Virus record (IMG/VR): IMGVR_UViG_3300044470_000095
Location: 5,624-69,623 of that record
DNA length: 64,000 bases
Source: a virus
Direction: 5' to 3' (one strand)
The translations under genes and the position numbers were made by a program. The number at the start of each line of letters is the position of its first letter. Position 1 is the first letter of the stretch. The notes beneath the pieces were generated by a model. It was not told the origin of the DNA. It was given only the letters and a program-made list of their open reading frames with translations, and ran no database searches. Shown here piece after piece: positions 8,219-17,322 of this stretch.

Positions 8219-9195
8219 CCGACTTACCTGACCCATTGACGCCGGCGGATTGCGATTTGTCCGACTTCCAGTACATGGAACTCGACGTCAGGCGCTTGCG
8301 TGATTCGAAATTCGCGTCAACACCGAGTGGCGATGCTTTTCGCGCTGGCGTGCTTCTCTGGTGCGCGTCGTGGCACCAGATACCCGCCGGCTCGCTGCCA
8401 GACGACGATATTGAACTCGCCAACCTCTCCGGTTTTGGCCGCATGCCTGTATCGGTCAAGGAATGGAAGAAGCTGCGCGCCGAGGCGCTGACCGGCTTCA
8501 TCAAATGCAGCGATGGCCGCCTCTATCATCCAGTGATAGCTGAAAAAGCGCAGGCCGCATTCGCCGCAAAAGGAACATACGCATACAAGAAATTTCTTGA
8601 CCGCATGCGCAAAGAGAACATGGTGCGCGAGAAAACCGGCAAGCCGTTGTTTGGAATTCCTACTGTTGAGCAATGGAAATCCGGCGCATACCCCCATGGA
8701 GTTCCACCTGAAAGCAATCAATTTCCAACGGAATTACCTACAATTTCCAGTGGAATTCCAGAGGAAAACCTTCTTAAAGGGAACGGAGAGGGAACGGAAC
8801 GGAGAGGGAACGGAGAGGGAGACTTATTAAAACCTGCCGATCCTGTCGGATCGGGCGGCGATGCCGCCAAGAGTCCGGCTGAGTTGACCAAGGACGAACT
8901 CTGGAAGGTTGGCAAGTCGCTGCTCAGTGGCGCTGGCATGCCGCCGGCGCAGTGCGGCAGCTTCGTCGGCAAGCTCTGCAAGGATTACGGCGACGCCATT
9001 GTGATTGACGCCGTGCGCGCCACGGTGGTTGCCCGACCTGCCGACCCCGCCGAATACCTCAAGGCGACCTGCATGCGCGCAAAGGGAGAACGTGCATCCG
9101 CGCCGGTCACGAATCTCAAAGCCGCCCAGGAAGCCTCTAACGCCGAAGCCAGGCGTCGCCTTGGAATTGATGATGAAAGGACCATTGATGCATAG
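8215..9195 (+). CDS. Replication initiator, DUF1376 (YdaU-like) N-terminus
   Basis: PLTPADCDL..FQYMELDVRRL...WHQIPAGSLPDDD...DGRLYHPVIAE. Confidence 0.85.
   Translation: MTDLPDPLTPADCDLSDFQYMELDVRRLRDSKFASTPSGDAFRAGVLLWCASWHQIPAGSLPDDDIELANLSGFGRMPVSVKEWKKLRAEALTGFIKCSDGRLYHPVIAEKAQAAFAAKGTYAYKKFLDRMRKENMVREKTGKPLFGIPTVEQWKSGAYPHGVPPESNQFPTELPTISSGIPEENLLKGNGEGTERRGNGEGDLLKPADPVGSGGDAAKSPAELTKDELWKVGKSLLSGAGMPPAQCGSFVGKLCKDYGDAIVIDAVRATVVARPADPAEYLKATCMRAKGERASAPVTNLKAAQEASNAEARRRLGIDDERTIDA
8650..8822 (+). repeat. Putative origin iterons inside the initiator gene
   Basis: Clustered GGAATTCC-like palindromes (8653-8765) and three GGAACGGAGAG copies (8780-8817); lambda-O-like location. Confidence 0.5.
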
Positions 9196-9937
9196 CCGGG
9201 ATTTTGACGAGTTTTCGCTCCTACTGGACGACGCCTACGACCTGATCGGCTCGGGTGTGAACAAGGTGATTAGCGGGGGCGCAAAGGCGCTTTTTTTCAA
9301 AGCGATGGCCCCGTATTCGCTCGATGTTTTCCGCGCTGCGTTGTCGGCGCATTGCTTGGACAAGGTGCACGGGCGCTTCACGCCGAAGCCTGCCGACATC
9401 ATCAAGCAAATCGAGGGGAGCGCGGCAAACGACGGCCGGCCATCCAGCGACGAGGCTTGGGCCATTGCATTGACCAGCCGCGACGAGTCCGACACGGTTA
9501 TTTGGACGCAGGAAATCGCCGAGGCGTTTGCCATCTGTTCACCGGTTTTCCCGGATGAAGTTGGCGCGCGCATGGCGTTCAAAGACGCCTACACCCGCTT
9601 GGTGGGCGTGGCGCGCGCCACGCCCACGCCGGCGCAGTGGCGCGCATCGCTTGGATGGGATGCCGCGAAACGCGAGGCCGCTATCGTCAAAGCTGGGAAT
9701 TGCGGGCTGTTATGCGCGCCGACAGTTGCGGCGCTTTTGCTGGCGCCGGCCGGAACGTCGGAACCATACGGCAAAGCGTGCGCGCAGATCGACGCCATCA
9801 AGAAAATGATGGCTGACATGAATGCGGAAAAGCAGCGTGAGGCCGCGCTCCATGCGCAGCGCGAGCATGACAAGAATGCCGCCGCACATCAGCGCCAAGC
9901 TGAATTGGCCAAAAACTACACCAAGGATGCGGCATGA
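9188..9937 (+). CDS. Replication-associated protein (helicase-loader position)
   Basis: GRFTPKPADII...GRPSSDEAWAIAL..DESDTVIWTQE..ARMAFKDAY. Confidence 0.7.
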   Translation: MHSRDFDEFSLLLDDAYDLIGSGVNKVISGGAKALFFKAMAPYSLDVFRAALSAHCLDKVHGRFTPKPADIIKQIEGSAANDGRPSSDEAWAIALTSRDESDTVIWTQEIAEAFAICSPVFPDEVGARMAFKDAYTRLVGVARATPTPAQWRASLGWDAAKREAAIVKAGNCGLLCAPTVAALLLAPAGTSEPYGKACAQIDAIKKMMADMNAEKQREAALHAQREHDKNAAAHQRQAELAKNYTKDAA

Positions 9938-10254
9938 ACGGTCAAAAACTCAAGGAATCCGGCCAACAGCTCGCATTGTTCAACGCTGGCCAGGTCTGGC
10001 TCGACCAGACCATCGAGAACATGAAAACCTTTTGCAAGGTTCGCAAAGAGATCGGTCGACCGGAATTCCGCTTCGAAGAATTCCGGAAAGTTGCGAACGA
10101 GCGCGGCTGGCCCCTGCCGTCAACGCACAAAGCATGGGGAAGCCTCCCGCGCGTCGCCGTGAAGCATGGGCTGATCCGCCCAACCGGCCGCTACGCAAAA
10201 GCGACGAGTGCAGCTACGCATGCGCATCCTGTTGCGATATGGAGTGTCCTATGA
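9934..10254 (+). CDS. Conserved phage hypothetical protein
   Basis: PSTHKAWGSL...HAHPVAIW; ATGA-coupled. Confidence 0.7.
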   Translation: MNGQKLKESGQQLALFNAGQVWLDQTIENMKTFCKVRKEIGRPEFRFEEFRKVANERGWPLPSTHKAWGSLPRVAVKHGLIRPTGRYAKATSAATHAHPVAIWSVL

Positions 10255-10412
10255 ATTCGCTGAACTACCAGCGCGCATTCAATTTTTTGAGAATTGCCAT
10301 GTTCCTCGGTGCCGAAATCCGCTCGGACTATGCCGGCAATTTGGCGCCGGCCACTTATTGGTGCGCGGCCTCCGTGCTGAATATCGCAACTTTACCAGGA
10401 GTTTCAAAATGA
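10251..10412 (+). CDS. Small membrane-protein homolog, diverged; paralog of 10764-10919
   Basis: FNFLRIAMFLGA..YWCAASVLNIATLP. Confidence 0.55.
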   Translation: MNSLNYQRAFNFLRIAMFLGAEIRSDYAGNLAPATYWCAASVLNIATLPGVSK

Positions 10413-10762
10413 TTTCGATAACCCTTCCCTGGCCCGACGCCGCATTAATGCCAAATCGCGCCAATGGTCAGCATTGGGCGAAGACTGCCAGTAAGCGCGC
10501 CAAGGCCAAGGAATTGGGCTGGGCGCTCGCGCACAACGCCGGCAAGGGAGCAATACTTCCCGATGGCGATATTTCGCTAGATATCGTTTTCGTGCGCCCA
10601 AACGATGAAAGTGCGCGTGACGCCGACGGATTGCTTTCGGCGTTGAAACCGTCACTTGACGGCATCGCGCTTGCGCTGAAAATTAACGACAGCCGGTTTT
10701 GGCCAATCACCATGAACCGGATTTACGGGCCTGCCGAGGTTCGGATAACCATAGGAGCATAA
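10409..10762 (+). CDS. rusA: RusA-like Holliday junction resolvase
   Basis: ITLPWP..LMPN...RDADGLLSALKPSLDGIA.ALKINDSRF. Confidence 0.8.
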   Translation: MISITLPWPDAALMPNRANGQHWAKTASKRAKAKELGWALAHNAGKGAILPDGDISLDIVFVRPNDESARDADGLLSALKPSLDGIALALKINDSRFWPITMNRIYGPAEVRITIGA

Positions 10763-10763
10763 A

Positions 10764-10919
10764 TTGAATTTTCTACACGATCCACGAATTTTCAACTTTG
10801 CAATTATCGCCATGTTCGTCGGCGCGGCGATCCGGTGGGCTTTCGTTGGGAATTGGTCACAGGTCTGCTATTGATCGGCGGCTGCGGTCATCAACATTAC
10901 AACTTTGCCGAAAAAATAA
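10764..10919 (+). pseudogene. Small membrane-protein gene with a premature TGA
   Basis: ..DPRIFNFAIIAMFVGAAIRW..VCY*SAAAVINITTLP; TGA at 10872 where the paralog has Trp. Confidence 0.6.
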
Positions 10920-10927
10920 GGAATTCT

Positions 10928-11440
10928 ATGGACATCGAAAAAATTACCAACGCTTTGCAAATGGCTGGATTGGGGGATGAACACGAATCGCTGATGTTTG
11001 GAGCGATTGGCGAGAAAGCATCCAATCCGAAAGATATCGTTGGAGTTCGCAAGGCTCCAATGTCAACAGTATCCGGTGCTGTGCTTGCCGAACTTGGCGT
11101 GGCAATGCTTGAGGGTGCCAGCAAATACGGTCGTCACAATTATCGCGCTGTCGGCGTTCGCGCATCGGTCTACTACGATGCAACCATGCGCCACATGATC
11201 GGATGGTGGGAGGGGCAAGACATTGATCCTAACAGCGGCATGTCGCACGTTATCAAGGCTATTGCATCGCTTGTGGTGCTGCGTGACGCGATGATTCAAG
11301 GTAAGCTGACAGATGACCGTGCGCCGCGATCCAATGCCTTCTACGATGATTTAAACATCAAGGCCGCAGCGATCATCGACAAATATGCCGACAAAAATCC
11401 AAAGCACTACACCATCGAGGACGGACAAGATGCAATCTAA
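10928..11440 (+). CDS. dATP/dGTP diphosphohydrolase-domain protein (DUF5664-like)
   Basis: NPKD..G.RK.PM...EGASKYGRHNYR...YYDATMRH...GQDIDPNSGMSH. Confidence 0.8.
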   Translation: MDIEKITNALQMAGLGDEHESLMFGAIGEKASNPKDIVGVRKAPMSTVSGAVLAELGVAMLEGASKYGRHNYRAVGVRASVYYDATMRHMIGWWEGQDIDPNSGMSHVIKAIASLVVLRDAMIQGKLTDDRAPRSNAFYDDLNIKAAAIIDKYADKNPKHYTIEDGQDAI

Positions 11441-11845
11441 ACTTGGGTCATTGCAACATGCAGTTGCAATAACGCCGGTTCTCACAAGTAACGGCGATGC
11501 GCATTCAGGTTTCAGAGATGAACACGGCTTGATTGGTTGTTTCAAGGGAGGCAAGGATCAAAGGCTGGCGGAATTGGTTTCAGTGAATCGCTTGCGCCAA
11601 CACTATCAGCCGCAGATAGTGGATCACAACTAGCGCCCACCCTTATGCAAGGAGCGCAAGTTCGCCGTTTGATGCCAATTGAATGTGAGCGCCTACAAGG
11701 ATTTGATGATGGTTATACCGATGTTCCATTCAACAGAAAACAAGCAGCAGATGGAAACCGTTATAAAGCATTAGGGAATAGTATGGCAGTTCCAGTTATG
11801 CGCTGGATTGGATCGCGCATTCAAGAAGTTGAAGATATTTTTTAA
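11430..11845 (+). pseudogene. C5-cytosine methyltransferase remnant
   Basis: Keeps RRLMPIECERLQGF and RYKALGNSMAVPV (motifs IX-X); catalytic N-half missing; frameshift at ~11550. Confidence 0.8.
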
Positions 11846-11858
11846 CCAAGGAGCAATC

Positions 11859-12188
11859 ATGCAAAAAGTAGACTTAAGCCAGATGAATATCGAACGGCTT
11901 GCAAAGAATTCAGCAAGATTTGAAGCGATAGCCAAATATGAATTAATGTCGAGCGAGGAAAAATTGGCGGTTGCCTCAAAAATAAAGTTATTTGGTTCGC
12001 CAACGTCATTTGACGATGTTGCCAAATACGCCGACGCCCTAATCGTCGCAATCCATGAAGTTCTAGCCGACCAAATCCACGCGCCAGCAGTCATGCTAGA
12101 ACTCGATCCAACGCATCAAGACTGCTGCGGCCAATGTGCGGGAAATTGCCCACCAGAAGAAGGATGGGGACCGTCTAACAATGGCTAA
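11859..12188 (+). CDS. Hypothetical protein
   Basis: AAGGAG RBS; ORF. Confidence 0.6.
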   Translation: MQKVDLSQMNIERLAKNSARFEAIAKYELMSSEEKLAVASKIKLFGSPTSFDDVAKYADALIVAIHEVLADQIHAPAVMLELDPTHQDCCGQCAGNCPPEEGWGPSNNG

Positions 12189-12606
12189 GTCGAAAAAGCC
12201 GCACAAGCCCTATAAGCCGAAGCCATGCGTTTTGCCGCTCGGCATCCGCGATGCGGCGAAAATGGAAATACCGGGCTATCAGGCAAGTCTTGCGCTCGGC
12301 CAGCCGCATTTCATCGATCAGCACGTCTACGATCTATTGAGCAATGCCGACATGGTGCGCAGGATCGCGCCAAACGGCCATTCAGTGCTGCCGTATGCTC
12401 AGGGCATGGTAGAGGCATGCGCAGCGATCCAAGAGCGCACACAGCGCACAGGAAAGTTGGGCATAACCGGCGACGAATTGCACTTGTTGAGAATCGGTAC
12501 GGGCAAGACGATGGCGTATCTGCAAACGGTATCGAATATCGAAATTGACCGGGCCGCACGCGCTGCGTTGCGTGAGTTTGACCGAACCGGAGTGCTGCGC
12601 GTATGA
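12181..12606 (+). CDS. Conserved phage hypothetical protein
   Basis: MAKSKKPHKPYKPK N-terminus; coupled. Confidence 0.7.
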   Translation: MAKSKKPHKPYKPKPCVLPLGIRDAAKMEIPGYQASLALGQPHFIDQHVYDLLSNADMVRRIAPNGHSVLPYAQGMVEACAAIQERTQRTGKLGITGDELHLLRIGTGKTMAYLQTVSNIEIDRAARAALREFDRTGVLRV

Positions 12607-12612
12607 ACAACT

Positions 12613-12909
12613 ATGCATTGCGCACCGAATTGCCCATATCTCGAGAAAGACCCGATAAGAATGTGCAATGGCACCTGCAAACTCGACGGAAAACCATTGT
12701 GGTATTACGACTATTATTTGGCGCACTGCAAAGACCAAGTAGACGTAATTTTAGCTACGTTATTAGGTCTTTCAGTAATTTGGTTTCCCACTATATTAAT
12801 TTACGCATTCGGTCGCTGTATTGAGCCGAAACTCGGCGATGATGGCGAAGAGATTGATTCGACTCGCCCGCGAAGCCGCCGAGTGGAATGTAAAAAATCC
12901 ACCGGATGA
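12613..12909 (+). CDS. Hypothetical protein (Cys-rich part plus TM segment, possibly chimeric)
   Basis: ORF fills the operon gap. Confidence 0.5.
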   Translation: MHCAPNCPYLEKDPIRMCNGTCKLDGKPLWYYDYYLAHCKDQVDVILATLLGLSVIWFPTILIYAFGRCIEPKLGDDGEEIDSTRPRSRRVECKKSTG

Positions 12910-12915
12910 CAAATC

Positions 12916-13119
12916 ATGAAATCCGACGATCTGCGCGCATGGCAAGCGCACATGGCCTATACATACGATACGGCTGCTGTCGCCCTTGGAATCAGCCGTG
13001 CGACTTATGCGAGATACATCAGCGGCGCGGAGATTCCGTTGGTTGTTGGGCTGGCTTGCTCGGCGCTGGCTTTGGGGCTGTCATCGTGGGAAAATGCTGC
13101 AACTGCAAACACAGCGTAA
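12916..13119 (+). CDS. Small XRE-type HTH protein
   Basis: DLRAWQAHMAYTYDTAAVALGISRATYARY. Confidence 0.75.
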   Translation: MKSDDLRAWQAHMAYTYDTAAVALGISRATYARYISGAEIPLVVGLACSALALGLSSWENAATANTA

Positions 13120-13159
13120 TCCGGATACCCTGATTTTTCACACAACGAAGGAGATTCAG

Positions 13160-13534
13160 ATGTCTGACCAATTAATCGAGCAAGAGATTCAAGCAAAAGG
13201 ATTGACCGCGCCACGAGTAACGCCGGATCGTATTGAGGCGGTTATCTCGGGAGAATATTATTTCACCGCCGAAGATGGCGTCGTCGTCGCAATGCCTTTG
13301 CAAGACATTCCAAATAACCACGCGCAGTCGATGGAACTTCTGACATTCTGTGTTTTGGTTCTTGTCAACGGATTCACAGTGACCGGAGAATCGGCGTGCG
13401 CAAGTCCCGAAAACTTCGATGCCGAACTCGGCAAGAAGATTGCGCGCCAAAATGCAGTCAACAAAATATGGACCTTGGAGGGTTATTTGTTGAAGTCGAA
13501 ATTGGCTGAAACTATCGACCCGCCTAACGCCTAA
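13160..13534 (+). CDS. Gp49-family phage protein
   Basis: LTFCVLVLVNGFTVTGESACASPENFDAELGKKIAR. Confidence 0.85.
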   Translation: MSDQLIEQEIQAKGLTAPRVTPDRIEAVISGEYYFTAEDGVVVAMPLQDIPNNHAQSMELLTFCVLVLVNGFTVTGESACASPENFDAELGKKIARQNAVNKIWTLEGYLLKSKLAETIDPPNA

Positions 13535-13536
13535 AA

Positions 13537-13770
13537 ATGCACGACGACAATATCGACGTAAAGGCGCTGTACCGGCTCCGAATCAACAAGGAACCGAGCA
13601 CGGCATGCCCGACCTCGTACTATTCCGACCCAGCGCAAGGCGTGAAGCTAGTAGGCGAGTCGGCATGTGGGAAATGCCTGTATTCGGGTAGCGGCACAAA
13701 AGGGTCGTATTGCGGGCGGTTGCAGCAATGGGGCGTGCGGTGCGAGTGGTTCAGAATTTCAAAAAAATAA
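13537..13770 (+). CDS. Hypothetical Cys-containing protein
   Basis: ORF in operon; YSDPA..ESACGKC. Confidence 0.6.
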   Translation: MHDDNIDVKALYRLRINKEPSTACPTSYYSDPAQGVKLVGESACGKCLYSGSGTKGSYCGRLQQWGVRCEWFRISKK

Positions 13771-13792
13771 CATCAATCCATAGGGTGAAAAA

Positions 13793-14377
13793 ATGACCAA
13801 ACAAATACATTACGACTCACCGGAAGCGGCCAGCATTCAAACCGTTACCGGCTGGATGTCGAGTACCGGGCAGTTTTGGGGCAAGGACGAGCACATGGCG
13901 CGGTACTGCGGCTGTACGCACATGCCTTGCAAGACCTGCGGCAGTACCATTGAAGTGCACTCATATTGCCGCGCGTGCGCCGACAAGCGCGAACTGGAAA
14001 AGTTTTCCGCAATGGAAAAGCAAGACTGGGACGGCAGCGGCATGCTGTTCCATCACGAAACATATTTCAATGAATTGCAGGAGGTTCTTGATTACTGCAT
14101 GGACAATGAAATAGCGCCGGAAGAATTGCAACTGGTGATTTGCGAGCCGGTATTCGCTGGACAGATCGATCCAAGAGACCACTACGGCGACGATCTTCCG
14201 GAGGATGGCGACATGCCAAAGGCTATTGCCGATGCGTTCGATGCGCTGAACAAAGTAATTCATGCTTGCGGAGAGCCGCTTTCGTGGAGTCCGGGTAAGA
14301 CGCGCGTCAGCGATAAGACGATAGAAGAATTGACCGCGCAATATCTCGCCGATACCGAAAAAGAGGCAACCGAATGA
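13793..14377 (+). CDS. Conserved phage protein with a zinc ribbon
   Basis: TVTGW.SS.G.FWGKDEHMARYCGCTH.PC..C. Confidence 0.75.
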   Translation: MTKQIHYDSPEAASIQTVTGWMSSTGQFWGKDEHMARYCGCTHMPCKTCGSTIEVHSYCRACADKRELEKFSAMEKQDWDGSGMLFHHETYFNELQEVLDYCMDNEIAPEELQLVICEPVFAGQIDPRDHYGDDLPEDGDMPKAIADAFDALNKVIHACGEPLSWSPGKTRVSDKTIEELTAQYLADTEKEATE

Positions 14378-14889
14378 TCGACCTTCAAGAACTCAAGCGG
14401 ATGGCAAAATTAGCCACTCCCGGCCCGTGGGGAATCTCCAAAGACGGACAGACGGTCACAAGCAATCAATATCATCCGGTTGTAAGACTTGCCGAACCAT
14501 TCCACCGGCAATGTAAGCATGGAACGGGGCAGGATGCTGAATTTATTGCCGCCGCCAATCCGCAAGCCATCCTTGAACTCATCGAACGGCTGGAGCGGGC
14601 GGAAGCGCCGCCGGAGCTAAACTGGATTGATGTTAAAACCTCATTGCCAGATGAATTTGAAACGGTTCTTGTGACAGGCAGGGCGCTCTGCGGTTCCTGG
14701 TTTGGGATTAACAGAGCATTGCTGCGTGATAATGAATGGCACTTCGAGGATGCTGAATTTCAGGGGGGCTGTGACCCAGATATCACAGATTGCATCACGC
14801 ATTGGATTAGGTCTGAAGACATACCAATCCCACATCAATTGCAGGCATTGCGAGCAAAAACTTATGAAACCATCAATCAGCAGAAATAA
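14374..14889 (+). CDS. Ead/Ea22-like protein with a DUF551-like C-terminus
   Basis: ATPGPW...DAEFIAAANPQAILELI; WIDVKTSLPD...ITHW. Confidence 0.8.
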   Translation: MIDLQELKRMAKLATPGPWGISKDGQTVTSNQYHPVVRLAEPFHRQCKHGTGQDAEFIAAANPQAILELIERLERAEAPPELNWIDVKTSLPDEFETVLVTGRALCGSWFGINRALLRDNEWHFEDAEFQGGCDPDITDCITHWIRSEDIPIPHQLQALRAKTYETINQQK

Positions 14890-14985
14890 GCGGGTATTGT
14901 CTGCGATTGTTGTTGCCGTTTTAAAGTTGCAACACTTGACAGTATATGCTATTATCGCCGCGAATAAGCCAGCCGGGAGACTAAA

Positions 14986-15543
14986 TTGAATTTTGCAAAG
15001 TCATATTCAAGAGCGGTAAATTCAAGCAATCTTCGAGATAGCGAACGGCATCATACCTGCGAGGCCCTGGCAGCTTCAGGCTGGGCGAGCCGCGACGTAT
15101 CATCACTTGGCGCTTTGCTTTTGAGGATCACATTGGCGGACGGTAGTGCAAAGAAAGTCTTTGAATCTGGCTGTCGAAACTTTGCCGAAGCCCTGCGCGT
15201 ATGGATTCCAATGGTAAGAAGCAAGGGAGAGCATCGTCGCTGGTGTAAAGGTGGTAGCGCTCCAAAACGTGACGCAGCGACGGCAGAGGCGCTTTATGTG
15301 CGCGTGGGCGAATCGTCCCTAGCCTATTTCCTTGACTCCAGGTGCTTGCCATGCGAGGGCGCTGGCGTCGATCATGACCGTCGAACGTGTATTCACTGCA
15401 AAGGAACCGGGATAGCCGAACTCGTCATGAAGCAATTCGAGAAAGAGATAGCTTTAGACCTAGTTTCCGATTTGCAAGGAATTATTCAATCACACACCTC
15501 GCGGGCGGCATATTTGATGCGTGAAGCGGAGTTTGGCGATTGA
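14986..15543 (+). CDS. Q: Late antitermination protein Q-like
   Basis: CLPCEGAG/CIHCKGTG zinc finger; last nin-region gene before the late promoter. Confidence 0.7.
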   Translation: MNFAKSYSRAVNSSNLRDSERHHTCEALAASGWASRDVSSLGALLLRITLADGSAKKVFESGCRNFAEALRVWIPMVRSKGEHRRWCKGGSAPKRDAATAEALYVRVGESSLAYFLDSRCLPCEGAGVDHDRRTCIHCKGTGIAELVMKQFEKEIALDLVSDLQGIIQSHTSRAAYLMREAEFGD

Positions 15544-15660
15544 AAATCTAGGCTTGAAAATATTATTTAAAGGATGGCGGTATGCGTCAAGCAAATCTCA
15601 AATCAAGACAATATCGTAATACGATCAAGGGGGTATTCGGAACTTTCTGTTGATTTCTGA

Positions 15661-16089
15661 CTAAAGCTCTTCGCCAGCTTGTTTCAGTGCTTTTCGGATG
15701 CCTTCCGACACATTCCCATTGCCCAGCGTGGTAGCAATAGCAATGCTTTCGGCGTCGAGGTAGGTATTGACCTTCCGGCCTGAAATCTCAACTGGACGGC
15801 CAACGGCACGCTTTTCTGGAACGACTTCATCAAAGTCTGGCGGTGCGTAATGGGTCGGGTTTTCGCAAATCATCTTGGCTTTTTCGAGCGTCAGGTCTTG
15901 CAGCTCAAACCGGTCAATCACAACGTCGCCGATTTGAAGGTTCGTCAGATACCCGCCAACGCCTCGCTGCCCGCTTCCCTGTTCCTTTACGGCAGCCATT
16001 AGATTGCGAGGACCGATATTAGCATCGAAGTCGGTCACCCATGGGCCGCCACGCCCATGCTGAGTATTCACGGTGATTTTGTTTTTCAT
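15661..16089 (-). CDS. Moron gene with a C-terminal GRP/ribbon-helix DNA-binding motif
   Basis: VGRP..GRKVNTYLD...GNGNVSEGIRKAL. Confidence 0.7.
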   Translation of the reverse strand: MKNKITVNTQHGRGGPWVTDFDANIGPRNLMAAVKEQGSGQRGVGGYLTNLQIGDVVIDRFELQDLTLEKAKMICENPTHYAPPDFDEVVPEKRAVGRPVEISGRKVNTYLDAESIAIATTLGNGNVSEGIRKALKQAGEEL

Positions 16090-16092
16090 GGC

Positions 16093-16422
16093 TTATTCCC
16101 CGAAAGCGTTGCCAGTGTGCTGCTCGTAGGCATTGGCGTAGGCACTGCCGTAAGACTTGTCGATAGCCTTTTCCGTGGCAGCCGGGCATGCAGCCAGATA
16201 AACATCAAATTTCACATACAGGCCGAAGTGCTTACGAATTTCAGACTTGATGTTGTCGATTTGCTTTTGGCTAGTGAATTCGCCGCCAGTGACCGTAACG
16301 ACTGCGTCGCCATCTTTGTCGGCAGCAGCGAAAGCCTTCACCGCATTCATGTCGCCCTTGAAGCCGTTCAGATAAACGCGAACTTCGCCGGTCGTCGGGT
16401 GAATCCACTTTGCTGCTTTCAT
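16093..16422 (-). CDS. Moron hypothetical protein
   Basis: GGAG RBS; WIHPTTGEVRVYLN. Confidence 0.7.
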   Translation of the reverse strand: MKAAKWIHPTTGEVRVYLNGFKGDMNAVKAFAAADKDGDAVVTVTGGEFTSQKQIDNIKSEIRKHFGLYVKFDVYLAACPAATEKAIDKSYGSAYANAYEQHTGNAFGE

Positions 16423-16471
16423 GATGTTCTCCAGTCGGTTGGTGGTTTGCGTTGCTGCATCCCATGACTGA

Positions 16472-16517
16472 ATTATATACGCAAAAAATTAGATTGCAAC
16501 AATTTTATACGTATAAA
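16472..16517 (-). promoter_or_regulatory. Moron promoter with a palindromic operator
   Basis: TTGCAA...TATAAT on minus strand; palindrome TTTATACGTATAAA (16504-16517) and a related site over the -10. Confidence 0.65.
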
Positions 16518-16622
16518 GCTAAATATTTTTCATCCACCAAGGAATCCGAAGAAAGTGATTGTTGGGTCAGCCTACCAAGCGACCGGAATCAACCACTAAA
16601 TCCGGATACCCAAAAATAATGC

Positions 16623-16652
16623 TTGACAAAAGAAAACAACGCATTTTATAAT
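16623..16652 (+). promoter_or_regulatory. Late promoter (pR'-like)
   Basis: TTGACA-N18-TATAAT, followed by hairpin TTCCTCGC...GCGAGGAA. Confidence 0.75.
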
Positions 16653-16835
16653 CACGCGAAATACATTATTCCTCGCTATGCCTAAGTCTGGAAACAGCAG
16701 TCGGCGAGGAACGGCGCAATAAAAACTTCGGCAACGTACCCGCGCCTCTAGAATTTCGCAACAATACCACCCGCCCGTAGTCGCAAAGCAGAGGATGCCC
16801 GCCAGCAGCGGGCTTTATCGTTTTCAGAGGCCAGA

Positions 16836-17003
16836 ATGCCGACAAAACAGGACGCCAGGCGCTACATCGACGGCAGGGTGAGGGAACACAAGCCGCCGCC
16901 CAGCCCCGCCGAGATTCGCCGGCAGATGGGCTGGGAACTTATCGAAAGCGCCCGCAAGCCTGATTTTCCGCTGCCGAGCGAGCAAGTGCCGAAGACGGAT
17001 TAA
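16836..17003 (+). CDS. Small phage protein (55 aa)
   Basis: GAGG RBS; MPTKQDARRY...HKPPPSPAEIRRQMGWEL. Confidence 0.65.
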   Translation: MPTKQDARRYIDGRVREHKPPPSPAEIRRQMGWELIESARKPDFPLPSEQVPKTD

Positions 17004-17241
17004 TTTCAAAATTGTCAGTTGTTAAGGATTGCTTAACAACTGACAGCTAGCTTGATAATGAATGCGCCAGTAATGCGCATGGGGAGCGAATACACCGCCC
17101 TTTGGGATATTCGGGGTGCAATGACGCTGAAATTAATGCGTAGCACATCGGGAGGCCGGGCCATTATCAATTTGTTGCTTTACGAAAAGCAACCGAGACA
17201 CGCAAGGCGATATCGTGAAAATCGCCGACCGATTCACATAT

Positions 17242-17322
17242 ACCCTTTTACCTCAGTGGCAGAGGAATCCGATGCGCGCTACAACCGGACAGTCGGTGGT
17301 TCGATTCCACCAAGGGGCACCA
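17242..17322 (+). tRNA. Degenerate tRNA with an expanded anticodon loop (possibly derived from Arg-ACG)
   Basis: Intact D arm CCTC/GAGG, T arm GGTGG-TTCGATT-CCACC and encoded CCA; ~14-nt anticodon loop; 1-72 mismatch. Confidence 0.7.

Noticed and set aside
10872-10874. In-frame TGA at a Trp position as evidence of stop-codon reassignment
   Set aside because: Single case; many genes end in TGA with ATGA coupling, and no suppressor tRNA is present
10928-11440. dATP/dGTP diphosphohydrolase as a sign of a 2-aminoadenine (Z) genome
   Set aside because: No PurZ, DatZ or dedicated DNA polymerase in the window; the domain also occurs alone
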